64,000 bases of DNA from the human T2T-CHM13v2.0 reference genome, Homo sapiens: assembly GCF_009914755.1 (NCBI RefSeq), contig NC_060930.1. One strand, written 5' to 3'. Below are positions 12,791 through 27,067 of this stretch, one piece after another (the first letter of the stretch is position 1; each line of letters begins with the position of its first letter). The notes under the pieces are model-generated. The model was not told the origin of the DNA. It was given only the letters and a program-made list of their open reading frames with translations, and made no database searches. The translations under genes and the position numbers were made by a program.

Positions 12791-14134
12791 CCTCTACCTC
12801 TTTAGACGACTTTTGGAATAAGAAGGATAAGCACCACTTTGTCAGTTTTAGAGATGCTTAATTAAGGCTCAAAAAGCTTAAAAGGCTTAACTAGTGATTG
12901 AATGTCAGCCCCTGAGGAGCTCAGCCCAGGGCTCTTCATGGCTGTCTACACCCTCTCTTCCTACAGCCTGCTCTGCTGTGAAGAAGTTCTGGCCTGTGAG
13001 TCCTGATCCCAAGAAGACACTGCCCTGGAAATGTAAAAGAGCTGTGTCATCAGAGATACCTGTCAGCCTATCAGTCATTCTAGGGTTTGATAGCAATGGG
13101 CAGGCTCACAAAAACCTTGGAGTGGAGTGGCAAGAAGAGTGTGCTTCCCACCATATATTGGCTATGGACATAAGATTTGGAATTAGAACTACACATTCTA
13201 GCTCTAAGACCTTTGGCTTTGGACAAGATACTTTGTTTATCTGAGTCTGTTTCCTTATCTGTAAAATGGGGCTAATGTTAATCCATCTCATAGTTAAGTG
13301 AAATTAATATTGAGATTGTATGTAAGACACTTAACAAGGTCTGACATTCTTTCTATAGCAGCTATCGTTATCACCATCACCTTGGGCGCTTCTTCAAACT
13401 TACCCCAAATAGACTAGCAATACTGTTGAAAGAAAGGAAAAATCAGGGTCAAAATGCAGCTGTTGCAGGATTAGGCTATCTAGAGAGTAAATGACATTTT
13501 CTCCATGACCTGTGAATTATCTTGCACTTTTGACAAAGGTAGATTTTGATTGCTTCTGGAATCTGAACCAACCCCACAGACATTTCTTCAGCGGCTGTGT
13601 GACTGTATTCCATTCTAGAATCTAAGTATTCTTTAGTAGCCAGCTTTCTACTACCAAATCGAGTTCACAATTCCAAGCAAGCTTCCAATTTTCACATTCA
13701 TTTTTTTAGTATGAGGGTTTACTCATCAGATGGCAACAGAACAGCTTAATATCAATATTAGTCATAAATTATTGAATGAATGCTCAGAGATGGATGTTAA
13801 AGTAACTGGAAAGATGTGCTTTAAGACTTTTTAAGTGCCACCTTTTTTCTTTTACTTTCAGAAGACAGAATAAGGCAAGACTCTCCTTTCTTTTATTCAG
13901 TTTATATCCATAGAATTTGTATAGAAGTTTATTATCAAGTCTCTTTTAATATATTAACTAAACCTGACATGGATACAAGCAATTTAATCTCAACCAAAAA
14001 CACCAGGCTGTCTATGATTGTAGGGACAGCTTCGGGTGTTAATGGTCATCAAGAAATGGCCAAAAGATAGGGAAGGAGGGGCCAACATTGAGTGAGGCAC
14101 AAGGGAAGGGGTACTTGGTGAAGGGGGATAGTAC

Positions 14135-14205
14135 CTGAGTGTGTCTGGTATAGGAAAAGATCCTGTTTAGCACTGATCAGCCATGCCTTCTTGTGGACCA
14201 TTGAC
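14135..14205 (-). CDS. PKHD1: PKHD1 exon 11 (71 nt)
   Basis: aag|G...G|gtacta; [23 protein letters not shown]. Confidence 0.95.
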
Positions 14206-15083
14206 CTTCGAAAAAGACAAAGTTCTGTTTTGAATGAAAATATCAACTGGGATTGCATTTTTTTTAGTCGGCTGCCTGAAAGGAAGATTGGGAACTAACC
14301 TCTATTGATCTTTAGAACAGTTGAAATAGCAGCTCCCTTGGATAACTAAAGAACAATACCAACAGGACAAAGTTGTTTTCTGATATATAAAATTATCATA
14401 TGGGAATAATGCCTGCTTCATAGGATGTCCCAAATGTTCAATGAAATGATGAGTGTGAAAGGGCCTAGTCCTTAGTTGGCCTATAGTCAATACTCAATAG
14501 ACATTAATTTTATTTCTTCCAAAATGAGAAAGAGAGAAAATCTCCATACTTTGGGCTGTATAGCTATAATTGTCACTGTCATTACAAGGCAATTATTATC
14601 AATTAGACCCTATGCTTTTAACAGAAACACCTGTCAAATTATGTAGGGGCAAAATATAAGGTAAGGATTCAGAATTCCAGAATGCTAATTTATCACTTCA
14701 AAGTGTGATAAAATGTGGACCCCTTCCATTTTCAAGAAGGCACTTCCTAGATGGTACAATGTATTTCATGAAACCATGTTCCTTATAAGATACTTGTGAC
14801 AGTTTTCAACCTACAGTACTTTGAAATTACTTAAGATTTAATTCCCAAAATTCTGCACCACCACCATATTGAAACACACATTGCCTACAGATTAGTGAAG
14901 AGGACACAACTTCATTCACCCAGGTAAAAAAGTCAAGGAGGTATATGTGGTCTCATTATACTATTCTGTTTTTATATGTTTAACATTTTCCGTCATAAAA
15001 AGATAAAGAAAGTAAGCAAGATGAGAGAGATAGGTAATATAAAATGAAGACAAATTTGCCTATTTCTATACCCAGTTACTTAC

Positions 15084-15123
15084 TTTCCTTTGTTAAATAC
15101 TGAGAAGCTAACATTCTGGGAGC
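15084..15123 (-). CDS. PKHD1: PKHD1 exon 10 (40 nt)
   Basis: cag|GC...AA|gtaagt; SQNVSFSVFNKG. Confidence 0.93.
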
Positions 15124-15683
15124 CTGTAACACAAAGAAACACACATTAACTCAGGAATCTGCACGAGTCTTCTGGGCCAGGCCATTGCTTTCATAAGCCC
15201 AAAGACTCCAATATCATCAAATTACCACCCAAACCTGTAATTTCTTTAGTGGTTCCCCCCCGCAAAAACAAACAAACAAACAAAAAAACAAAAACAAAAA
15301 AAAAACACCTCATAAGTTTAGCATCATTAGCAATGTGGACTTCTAGCAATAAAAGGGCAAATGCAGTATTGCATAGCAGGGAAGAGCCCAGGCTTCGAGT
15401 TAGATGGAGCACCATTTAAATATTGATTTACTGGTAACTAACTTCAATTTTTCTCACCTGCAAAGCCAAAAATAATACCACCAACTTCACAGGTGTATGT
15501 GAGCATTAAATTAGTTTCTATATGAGCTGTTTCATATAGTAGTATTTTCCAGGGAATTCTTAACAAATAGTAATTATTGTTATTATTATTATCCTCATGA
15601 GAACCAATCTTGCAATTGCTTTTGTCTGGATACAGAGAAAGAAATGGATAAGACTTTAAAATTATGTTACTTCTCTAACAGAC

Positions 15684-15748
15684 CGATGTAGTCGCCTTCC
15701 ACATGGCACTGCAGAGTCCCAAGACCATGGTCCTCCTGAATAGGATAA
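15684..15748 (-). CDS. PKHD1: PKHD1 exon 9 (65 nt)
   Basis: tag|T...G|gtctgt; [21 protein letters not shown]. Confidence 0.94.
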
Positions 15749-16319
15749 CTAAGGAAAAGACAAACTGAGGTAAGAATGACCAGACAACTCACTACCAGAA
15801 GATCTGACTCTTTAACCAGGAAAGTAGAAAGCAAAAGAAAACCAAATTTGCTAGAGAAAATGGTAGACAGAGAAAGTATAATGAGTTCATTAGGGCAAAT
15901 GCTTAGGGTAATACTAACTAGTATTACCCTTTATATATACTAGTTAGTAATACCCTAAGCATTTGCCCTAGTGCTAACTAGTACTACCTTAAGCATTTGG
16001 TCCTTTCTTTTCAAATGTGTCATATGACAAGTATAACAAAACCTTTATTTTTAAAAAATCTGTTATCAAGTATGAACCCCATAAAGGACAATTCTGAGCA
16101 AACAAAATGCAGACACAAGGAAGACTACACACAAGGGTAGAATACACACCAGTCTGAAAAAGTGAAACCATAGAGTATCATTCTTGTAATGGCCTCAAAG
16201 GAGGGGCAACACACCCTGTTCAGAGTGAAGTAAAAATCCAGCAAAACATTGGGTATTTAAACTGGAGAGTGTAGAAACTTATTTCTAAATTTTTTATTAT
16301 TTTTACCTTTGGCTAGTCA

Positions 16320-16565
16320 CTGAAGTATAGTGGTTAAGATCATGAACTCTAGGGGATGATTAGTTAGACAGGGTTCAAATCCCAGGTCTGCCACTTGCTC
16401 TCTGTGAGACCTTGTGCAAGTTACTTAACTTTTCTGTGTCTCAAATTCCTCATCTATAATGTGAGACTAATAACCATACATACTCCCAAGATTATTGGGT
16501 GACTTCAATGTAAAGCATTCGAGCAGAGCTTGGCCTATGGTAAGCCCCTAACAAGTATTAGCTAT
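16320..16565 (+). mobile_element. MIR (similar MIR relics near 13160, 20420, 24215, 44880, 50990)
   Basis: core gggttcaaatcccaggtctgccacttgct...gtgagaccttgtgcaagttacttaac. Confidence 0.7.
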
Positions 16566-16792
16566 GTGTTTTCAAGGAAGGTTTTGGCATCCACTTCAAT
16601 ACGCACTTTGAATCAATCCCTGTGTCTTTTTCAGTAGTCTAAAGATAAGGTAGTAAATAGCTATGTGTGATTTATATTTTAAAAAAACAGATATATGGTG
16701 AGTGGGGAGAGAAAGAGAGAGAATGCGTGTGTGTTGTATCCATGTGGACGAACTTACAAGCATGTGCATTGGCAAGATAATAAGACACTCAC

Positions 16793-16867
16793 CAGCTTCC
16801 CATCTGCCTATTTATAAGAGAGCAAGGAGTAACCCATTTGTCTCCTTGAGCTTCCAAGATCACTGGG
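16793..16867 (-). CDS. PKHD1: PKHD1 exon 8 (75 nt)
   Basis: cag|C...TG|gtgagt; [24 protein letters not shown]. Confidence 0.95.
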
Positions 16868-18140
16868 CTGGATTTAAAAAAAAATGAAAACAAAAGACAA
16901 GAGATAATTGTGCAATACTCCCAATAAACATTCCTCACAAAACTCAGAGGAAACATGGCTATGAACACTCTCCTCTGGATTTTTCTGCACTATTGCAGGT
17001 GGCTGAAGGCGGATGTCAAGTCAAATTCTCAGCAGAGAGTAGGGATGCACTCATGGCTCATGCTTTCACACTAAACAGAAAATAGTTCTCCCTTCCCAAA
17101 AAACCTTCATCATCTCCACACTGGCTATATTGATTCTACACAGAGATAATATTGCATTTATGCCTTTATTCCCCCTTTCAAAGGCTGTATCCCAGACCAA
17201 GGCTGAGATGGGATCACCTAGCAAAATATGGCACATTCCCAAGGATGTAGTAGGAGTTTCTACCCCCCACAAGAAGAGTAGTTTTCTTGTAAGGTAAGTT
17301 GACCATTGCTTAATGCCAGAAATGTCAATCCTGAGAGTAATAAGATCATACTCTCTTCAACTAGGGCAAAATCAGACAGATGGAGTAGAACAGAAGAGGA
17401 TGCCCCCAACCCATCCAGAGTGAAGGAAAAATTAGACACCATGTATGGAATCTATGCAGCTGAGTATATAGTAAGATCATTTTCCTTCTACCTTATAAAT
17501 GCTCAGTACAATTGCTTCATTTGTTGAATGATTACAGTTGCTTAGAGCTTCCTACAGCCTCTACAATTTCAACACTTTTTGTCTTGTTCTCTCTCTCCAG
17601 TGTGGATGATTTAATAGTAACACTTTCCACCACGTCTCCAGTGAAGAAAGTCATGTTGACATCCTAATCATTCCCAGAAAACATTAAAAGCTCTATGGCT
17701 TTTAATACCTGTGTCCATGTTTTCCTCTGACCCCACTAATACAATTTTTAAAGCACAAATGGATAACAACCAAATAAGAAAGTTATAATGGGCTTTTGGG
17801 TTTACACATCATTTTATAAAGAATCTATTTCAGGCTGAGAAACAAAGGAAGGAAGGGTGAGAATTCAAAAAGAAAATCCACAGATGCAATTACAGTTCAT
17901 TTCACACTGAGCCCAGAGTGACTAGTTGTCAGTAAATAAATGGACCAACTTAATTGACCAGTTGCAATTACATTAACAAAGTTTGCTGAAGCCCAGCTCA
18001 TGAGGGACCATAAACTGCAAAAAGGAAAATAGCAATTCTGTGCCAACTGCTTACAATTTATTGCCATCAGGGAAGCTGGTCCCAGGAAGCCATGCAGCAT
18101 GTATGTAACTAGTTAAACACAAAAACAAACACACACTTAC

Positions 18141-18219
18141 CTATCAATGTACTCAGCATCAAAATCAAAAGTTTCCAATCTTCCAGTGATAATCCAGCCA
18201 TATACATGTATTAGTTTTC
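18141..18219 (-). CDS. PKHD1: PKHD1 exon 7 (79 nt)
   Basis: cag|GA...AG|gtaagt; [25 protein letters not shown]. Confidence 0.95.
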
Positions 18220-20953
18220 CTGTTTGAAGAAGAATTTTTTTAATTTAATGGACTTAGCTCAAACTCAATGTATAATAAAAAACCATGTTTCTTTTTGGTT
18301 GTATATACTCAATATGGCAAAGCAGGTCATGGCCCAGAAAATTAATACTTTTAATAAATTGTACAACAGTAAGGTCAAGGGTATGATTTAGTGATCAATA
18401 TTACACAATATAAAAGCTAAAATAAGCAATTGTTTCAATCACAGACTTAATCTTCTAATGCATGGAGCATAGAAGGAATAATGGGTCTTCTTCACAGTCT
18501 CAGATTGTGTGAACATTTCAGAAAGGAGGGGCTCATCTCCACACACTGCCCTGTTCCATTCTCTTGGCTCTGTGGAGACCATCTACCCAACACGAGATTT
18601 AAGGACAATGTGCCTTGGGTGCTCCAGGCTTCATGAGACTTTCCTGTGGGCATTTGCTAAAATGAACATGTGATATGAAGAGGCTCATATCACACAATCT
18701 GATGGGTCTTCAGGGATCCCAAGTATGTGCCTTCCAAATAATTAGAATATTTAACCATGTATACTTAAACCATCACAGACAATGTTTAGAGATAAAAGAA
18801 TGTTGGTTAGTGAGATAAACCTCAAGGAATAGAAGAGAAAAGCATACTGAGGGACTCATGAGGTCATGAAATCCAGAAGACTGAGCCTCTTTATAGACAC
18901 TGAATGCCACCAAAGAATGTGACAAAAAAGATGTTCCCTTCCTACTGCACTTGTGTGTTATTAGTAAGAAGTGACTTTCATCTGCACTCATTGGATGACT
19001 CTCACTAAAACAACAGAAATCTTTCGGAAGGTATTACAGCCACAATTTTATAGGTGCATGGGTAGAATGACCTAATGACAGGCAAAGGTCACAGAGTTGG
19101 CAGAAATCCAGAGTCTCAAGTTTCCTGTTACTGCTAAAAAAAATCTGGCAGAATAATTCTAATTTTAATAGGGCTAAATGATCGATTCCCTAGCCTTGGT
19201 GAGTATGACTTCTAGCTTTGACAGGCACAATTTTAAAACTAACAAAAGACTGTAGAAATTAGGAATTTCTGTGGGTTTTTGTTTTGTTTCTAAACGAAGA
19301 TGGCCAGCACAGGCTGACAAATGGCCACACCAGAGCACGGTGATGGGGGATTCCATGTCGTAGTGAAGGACTGCTAACCACGTATAGAAACCCAACTGCT
19401 CAGAAAGCATCGTCTCTCTTGTCCCTACCACCTCCCCCATCTCCCTGGCTGCTACACTGGGCAGGCTTCCCAAATGAAATGAGAGTATTCATCTGGAAAG
19501 TGATTACAAAGATGCAGTCGTATGGATCCTGCCCAGGGGGGACCACTCCAACCCAGCCCGCCACCAATCCTTTCCCCAGAAGGTGGAAGAGACACCGAGC
19601 AGAACTCCAACTTGGTGGAAGAAATGGGCTTGGCAGATCTGGGCGCCAGCTGACATTCCATTTCACACCTCTAATGGCTGTCTGCTTCCTCATCCCTCAC
19701 CCTAACAAGACTTCTGCCATCTACACAGGAGTTTCTAACATCAGAGCAGCAGGGACCCACATGTCTGCATGTGATTTTCACAGACCACATCCCTCTTTCA
19801 TAAAATATCAGGTCCCAATGATTCAGACAAATGGAAAGGAGCAGATCTGTGAAAAACCCACATGAGCAAGAGCATGCCAAATTCATATTCTCTGAAATAT
19901 AATTTAAATTCACTCATACATAATCTGTGTCTATACACACAAACACAGAAAATATAAAACGCTTTTCAATAACTTAGATCTTCATTTTGACATGCTTGAG
20001 CAGTTGAGCCAATCAAAACAACAAGATCCGTCTATGCATTTAGACACAACTATAATAAAAATTTAGCAACTTTTTAGCACACTCTTACCATTTTGGAAAC
20101 TCTAACAAATGGAAAACCTTAAATAAAGGTAGGAATTTGGCAGGAATCAGACAGCAAATTATATATAATCCTAGTTGTGTTTGCTACTTAGTTTTAAGGC
20201 AGATTTAGCAATTCCTGAATCCACTTCTCAGTTGCAATCCCTTCTTTTATGTAAATCCCCCAGCTTTATATAATCTTCTTTTCTATCCTCCTGGCTTTTA
20301 AATATCTGTGTGCTCTCTAACTTTATAAACAAAACCCCTAGATGAAGACTAGAGTTAATGACCTTCCAAGTGGCATCCAATGCTGCTCAAAATATGACAG
20401 AATGGTGGATATATGGGCCACTCTGGATTCTGGCTGTCTGGTTCAAATCTCAGCTGTGGTATTTAGTATCTATATGACTTTCGGCAAATTTCTTAACCTT
20501 TTGCTACCTCATTTCTTCAACTGCAAAATGGGAATAAAAATAGCTCTTCTATTATCAGGTTTTGGCGAGGATCTAGTAAGATATCTGAAGAGCTTAGACT
20601 GGAGCCTGGCACACAGTTTAATAAAGGTTTATTATTATGGGAATGATTATAAAGTTAAAAGCAAGGATGACTCCTCTTTCCTCCAGTCTCCAACATCAAC
20701 TCATTTGATTTTGCTGTCCTCTTTTTCTTTTCATGTTTGGATTCCTTTTGTTATCAGTGAAGTAATAGAGCAAAAGTGCCCAGAGGTAAAACCAAAGCAC
20801 GTTAAAAATGAACCAGAGGTTGACTCTTATTTTCAAAACAGCATCAAAGAAGAAGTTAAATTTTCCCACTCATAAAAACCACTCACCTAGGTTTGCAACA
20901 AGCTTTGGCAAACAGATTCACAATTATTCCTATTTTAATAGAAGATTTCTTAC

Positions 20954-21011
20954 CTGGAACACCACTTGGTGGATAAACTTGGTGAACGATGGGTGTCTGC
21001 GCCTTGGAAAA
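20954..21011 (-). CDS. PKHD1: PKHD1 exon 6 (58 nt)
   Basis: cag|TTT...G|gtaaga; [19 protein letters not shown]. Confidence 0.95.
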
Positions 21012-24000
21012 CTGTTTAGAAAATAGTACCACAAGTGAGCATGTCATTAAAATATTCACAAACACAGGAGGCACAAGCCTTTCCTCAGACAGCATTACTT
21101 GAAGGTAATAAATGCTTATATTTACTCATGTCACCCTCACATCTGTCTAGTTCTTTTTATCTTTGTAATATTTCTATGAAACAGAAATGATAGATATTAT
21201 CATATTTCTCCTATAGATGAGGTAGAGGTAATTTGATTAAGGTCACATAGCCCTCTATTCTGTACCATATTGTCCAAACCTTGACAAGCCTGTTTCTACC
21301 TGCCCACCTTCCATACCCAAGAACACATTTTACTAGAACGAAAGGTAGACAGGTCTTTGTGCAGAATGTCAGTCTTTTAATTCCATTGTAATTTGATGTT
21401 TTGGGGCCTTGAAGATTTTGATTTTTCTAGAAAGGAATGCACTTATTTAATTGAATCAAAACTTCAAATCATTATCAGCCAGCACCTTGGTAGGTATCAG
21501 TAAGCTACAAAAAAATGAGAAACTGGATAGGCACACAACTGAGGTGCTTACTAGGGAAACTGAAGATACCTGCTGTGAGGGAAATGACTCAAAAGATTCA
21601 AGGAATGGGAAGCAACATTGTTCTTCAAGGAGGAGGAAAGCAGCCTCAATGGGAGCAGTGAGAGCCTGAGAAAGCCTGGCGGTAGCATTCCAAATCATCT
21701 TACAATGCCCCCTGTCCCCAAAGCACACCCTCTGTTAACCATAAGCTCCACAAAGGCAGGGACAATGCTTGACTGAGTCGCTGCTGTGTCTCTGTGCATA
21801 GACTGGTATGCAGACGACATTCGAATTTTTGTGAATGAAAAGAGTCACCCAATCTGGGATGACTGATATACTGCCTGGAAGGAGAGGTGAGAACGAGGCA
21901 ATCCCAGGAACTCCATCTCACCTGTAGGCATCTGTGTTAGTCTAAGATTAGTGCATTACTCCATCAGGAAATCACAGCAGGGCCAGTATGAAGAAACAGG
22001 AAAGCTTAAGGATGAACTGGCCAGACCAAGGCTTGACCTGTGAGCCAATTACTTACCTAGGAAGAGACCTAGTCTCCCCTTCCCTCCCCTCCCCCAATCC
22101 CTTCTAGATGCCTAGACTACCACCATTCCACACAACCTACAGTGCTTCCCATTTGCAAAACAAATTACAGCAGCAAATTGTTTTGTTTGGTCTGCTTCCA
22201 GCACCTCAGGAGTCTACCTTCCCAGAGAGAACATCACCAAAGAATAACTCGGTTGTTAATCAACAGCCTTAATCAGATTGAGAATCAACAGACATTTCAA
22301 CAAAGCTGATGGTGGCTTGCCAGGCGTAGGTTTTAAGTATTGATCCATATGCTGTATAGTCTGCCATGAAGGCTAGTTTCCTCACTGTCTAAAGGAAAGG
22401 GTTAGAAAATAGTTCACAGAAAATATGTGGTGTCAGGGGGTCAAAATAACAATGTTGTTACTTCACAGCTTGGGAACTGGCTCTGATCTCACCAAAAGAT
22501 AAAGATTAATACAGTTACACACACACCTGCCAAACATTCAGTCCCCACCCCACCCTCCCAGCCAACCACTGCCCCTAGGCCTTCATATCAACATTATTTC
22601 AACTGGACTATATCATAGGAGCTTAGTGAAGTACAGTAGTGGTTATTGACCTATTTCACAGATGTTTAGAACCTGAGGCAGCTGGAACAACTGAGTCCAA
22701 ACCAAATAAGGAAGCATACCTCTCTATTTCAACCTGAAATCTAAGAGCCACCACTCAGTCTATAATCCTTCTACCAGACTTCCATGGGAAACACAGCAAC
22801 TCCTTTATTACTCCCTCCCAGCTCGTGAGATCGTGGTGGGGCAGGCTTGGGGTTAAACCTCAAAAAGGGCTTCACTTGTGATTCTCTCTGAGCTGACACA
22901 ACATAACATGGTACGTTTCTAAGAGAAACAGGCCCCTGGTCACCCACCAGGCTAGAGACATGACAAAGTGAAAAATTAATGAGCTTCCAAATCAAGCTTC
23001 CCGCATGCTGATCCTCGGGCCCCAGTGTGGTCAGTAGAAGCAAAAGAGGGGAGAGGAAATGCAGCAGATTAGGATGAGAAAGCTGCAGCCACCAGCTGTG
23101 TGATCAACCTTCTGTGAGTTATTCAAACTTGTCAGTGCCCACAGCAGGCTCTTTGCAGTGGACTGGCAAGATGGGATTAATTTTTAATACTCATGGTTCC
23201 CCAGTCCCAGTCCCAAAACAAAGAGACACGCCGTGTTTTATTTAGCCTGGAATGCCTCTCATTAACTGCATCCCCTGGTGATTTTTCATCAACTTGCCAA
23301 GATAGTTGAACCACTGACGGACTTGTTTTCTTTCATGTGCAATTTTAGGAAACGTTTCTCTTATTTCCCCCTCTCGCTCCTAACCAATCTTTTAATAAGC
23401 AGGAAAACTACCATCTGGGGTGAAAAGGATCATGGTGATTAATGCTTGGACTTCTCTCTTCTGTTATGTTCCCTGAGACAGGATAGAGGTGGTGGTGCAG
23501 CTCTTAGTAAAAAAGAATGATATAATGTTTTTTCTTTCTGCTGCATATGTGCAAAAGCAAAATTCCAGAAAACAAGATTCTCTTGGATTAAGAAACAAGT
23601 TATTAAACCTGAAACAACAGCAAATTCCAAATTTCAAAACCAAATAGCCTATATGAAACACGGATCGTAGGAGAGACAAATTTACAAGGTGAAGCCTTAT
23701 TCCGAAGGAGCATTCATTAGTGACTGCATTGTATGTTTTGAAACAGCTCTTAAACAGAGGTACCCCATGTGAAGGGCAACCACATCGACAGGAGTACCGC
23801 CAAATCTCTGCCTTTCATAAACCATCTAGGACCTTTTCAGAGATTGTTTAAAACTAATCTGAAATGAACAACAGACTGAACCAAATATAAATGAACTCCC
23901 AGTATAGGTATCAAGGCTGTAAAATAAGTCAGGCATGGCTTCCTAAACACTCTCTCTCTACTTCCTTTTTGATCTCCCTGAGCATGAAGGAGAATTCCAG

Positions 24001-24577
24001 CAGCAAATGCCCTTTTGGTTCAGTGTTGGAAAGACTTAGCAGAAATATACCAGGAAGCAGGGAGAGAGGTAGAAATTGGGTCTCCTCACCAAGGAACGTG
24101 GGGCCTTGAGTCTCTTCAACATGCTGAGACTCAGCATGATCTGAGCTGTAAAATGAAACACCCACAAAAGTAATCTTGGTGGCCCCTCTATGGGCTTCTA
24201 TTTTGATGAGAATTTAGAACCAGATGCAAGTTGAAGTCTTGGTTCTGCCATTTACTGCCTGATGACATGGGCAAATTATTTAATCACCCTGAGCCTCAGA
24301 TTGTTCATTTGTAAAAACAGGACAGTAAATAGCTACCCCATAAAATTGTGAGCATTGAATCAAATGATGTACATAAAGCATTTAGCTAAAGGCTGACATA
24401 CAAACGTTCAAAATTCATCTTTCATTAGTATAATATAAGAAACTCTGTCATTACCATCCACCATTTTCTTTTAACCCGGTCAAGCAGACACGCTGGCTCA
24501 TTTACAATTTGCCTTTCAATAACACAAGCACACCCTTAGACTATGTAAACATACCTTCCTCCAGCCTTAGAACCCAC

Positions 24578-24686
24578 CTTGAAAGTACAGCTATCTCGTG
24601 GTCCTGGATTTGGACTGCTTACCAGCTGTCCCCCGAAGTATGCTTCCAGGAAGTACAGACCCTCATGTGCTTCAGACAGCACAGAT
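24578..24686 (-). CDS. PKHD1: PKHD1 exon 5 (109 nt)
   Basis: cag|A...AAG|gtgggt; [36 protein letters not shown]. Confidence 0.95.
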
Positions 24687-25324
24687 CTGAGGACAGAAAG
24701 TGGAAATCCTTATGAATCAAAAACCACGAATTCCCAAAGCTAGCAGCCCACTTGCCACTTCAAATTTCCTCCTTGCACTTTTAAAACAGAGCTAACCAAG
24801 GATTCCCAGCAGTCACCTTTCACCTCTTTGATCCACTCATAATTATTAGACTTTAAGAACTGGGTCCTTCAGCAAAAAAAAGTTATGATTTTTTGTGTTG
24901 AAACTCCCTGAATTGTTTTTAATATGTCATGTTTCTCAAAATCATAGGTTCATTGGACTTTAAGAATTAGAAGAGACTTTGATAATCTATTCCCCATTTC
25001 CATGTTTCAAAAAATGTCAGAAAAACTAAGAGACTTATGTGTATGAGCTTCAAACGTTAAGGGCAAAGTGGGGCTTGAATTTAGGCTCTTTCTGATAATT
25101 GTCCAAGCAGCCCATAAATACTTCATGTAGCCATCAAAACAGAGTCTTGGATCTTCTCTCCTCTTTACACAAATACTGCAGTGGCTTCATTGCCACCTGA
25201 TGCTGACATCCATGTTGATTTTTGTAAGAGGAAGAATATGACTAATAAGAAAGAAACCATATTTAAGACATGCCTCCTCTCCAAACCTTCCCAACAAAAT
25301 CTTTAGTATGACCTTAAATATTTA

Positions 25325-25645
25325 GATCTGAATTGTCCATTGTGTTAGCCACTAGTCTTATGTGCTTATCAAGCACTTGATATGTGGGTAGTCCCAATTA
25401 AGATATGCCATGATTATAACATGCACACTAAATTTTGAAGACTTGGTATACAAAAAAGATATAAAAGTATCTCATTATTAATTTATATAGATTACATATT
25501 GAAATAATATTTTAGATATGTTGAGTTAAATAAAATACATTATTAAATTAATTTCACTTGTTTCTTTTGACTTTTTCAAGTGGCTAAATAGAAAATTTTA
25601 AATTACGTTTGTGTTCACATTATATTTTGATTGTGAAGTGCTGCT
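25325..25645. mobile_element. MER33/MER3-like DNA transposon relic
   Basis: tagccactag...agcacttgatatgtgggtagt...gtggctaaatagaaaattttaaattac motifs. Confidence 0.55.
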
Positions 25646-27067
25646 TTTGATGCTGCAATGGCTGTTTTAGAGAAAACAATTATGTACATGTTTTTATGAT
25701 AATGATGAATAAGACATATTTTGTTCATGAAAAACTGTACATTTTTCACACTTAATTGAATCTGATATTTGTCTTCCAATCAATTAGTATATTTAATAGG
25801 ATCATATTTCTTTTCTTTAAAAAGATGACATAAAATCAATGGTGCATCCAAAAATCATTAGTATGTTGGGATAAAGGAGATAGGACATGTAAATCTCCAG
25901 AGCTTTGACTTGTTTCATGGCAAGTCTTTGCAGAATGTCTATGCCCAAATGTGCCATAAAATCTAAGGGAAATATATAACCCAGTTTTAAAACCAATAGT
26001 AGTGGTATAAAAATGTTAAATTCAACAGACATTTATTGAACATCCTCTACTCGTAAGATATTGCGCAATGCATCATGAGGACTACAATGGTGAAATTAAA
26101 CACATCCCCTGCCCTCAAAGCACTTAATTCTGTGAGGAGGAGTCTGACAAGTGGGTAACTGACATATAAGTGTTATGAAAACTCAGAGCTGAGGCACAGG
26201 GTCACTAAGGCTACACGTGCTGTACCTTTGTGTAAATTACAAAAAAAAAATCCCTTCGGGGTGATGAATTGCACAGAAAAGTGTGGGTACACACACATAC
26301 ACCCTGTGGATGAATTACTACAAGTTGTTCCTTCTCCTTTCAAAAAAGGGAAAGATAACTTAGTTGAATGTTCAGGGAAAAGGTGGCATTTGTGGTATGG
26401 TTGGTGATTTCCATAGCCAAACATGGAAGAGGGGGAGACTTCCTCAAAGAGAGAACAGAAAAGAAAAGGAAATAACAGTGTTTTTTTTCTCTTAACCAAT
26501 CATCTACTTGCATGCACTTTATTTACTCATGCCTAAGACATGAGTAAATAAAAATGAACATGAACTAGTCTAAATTTCACAGGGCAACAAGAAGTTGAGT
26601 AGAAAAACAGATTCCCTGGAGTCTTATAAAAATATTTTCTAAATAGAGGTAATGTCAAACTCAGCAAACAGAGCCTAAAGCAAATTTCTTTTCTAACCAG
26701 TTTGGGGTTTATGTGCAATCATTGCAATTATGCCTATTCCAAAAGATGAGTATTTGCAATGGCAAAATGGCACCATTTATTAAAATCTTAATAGCCATAG
26801 AACTCTTTGCAAAAAAAAACAAATGGAAACACAATCCAGCCCCTCCTTACGAATATCTCAAAGTTCTTCCCCATACTCTCATCCTCCGTTAAGTTCTAGA
26901 CCCCAGATAGGGACCTTTTAGAAAGCATATTCACATGAAACTTTTTTTAACAACTATGGCTGGCAATTGAATCACAGCAAAAATTGCTCTAATATGTCAC
27001 CAAAAGATACTGAGATAAGCAAAAATCCCTCATCCTGTCTGGTCTTCCTATTCCCAGACAGGTATAC

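Noticed and set aside
15943-15949. UACUAAC as the real exon 9 branch point
   Set aside because: About 195 nt from the acceptor with many intervening AGs, so there is no AG-exclusion zone.
20342-20875. 177-aa + strand ORF
   Set aside because: Overlaps a MIR, antisense in a PKHD1 intron, no recognisable domain; chance ORF.
22076-22101. G4-capable tract in intron 5
   Set aside because: Deep intronic, far from splice sites; such motifs are common and there is no further support.
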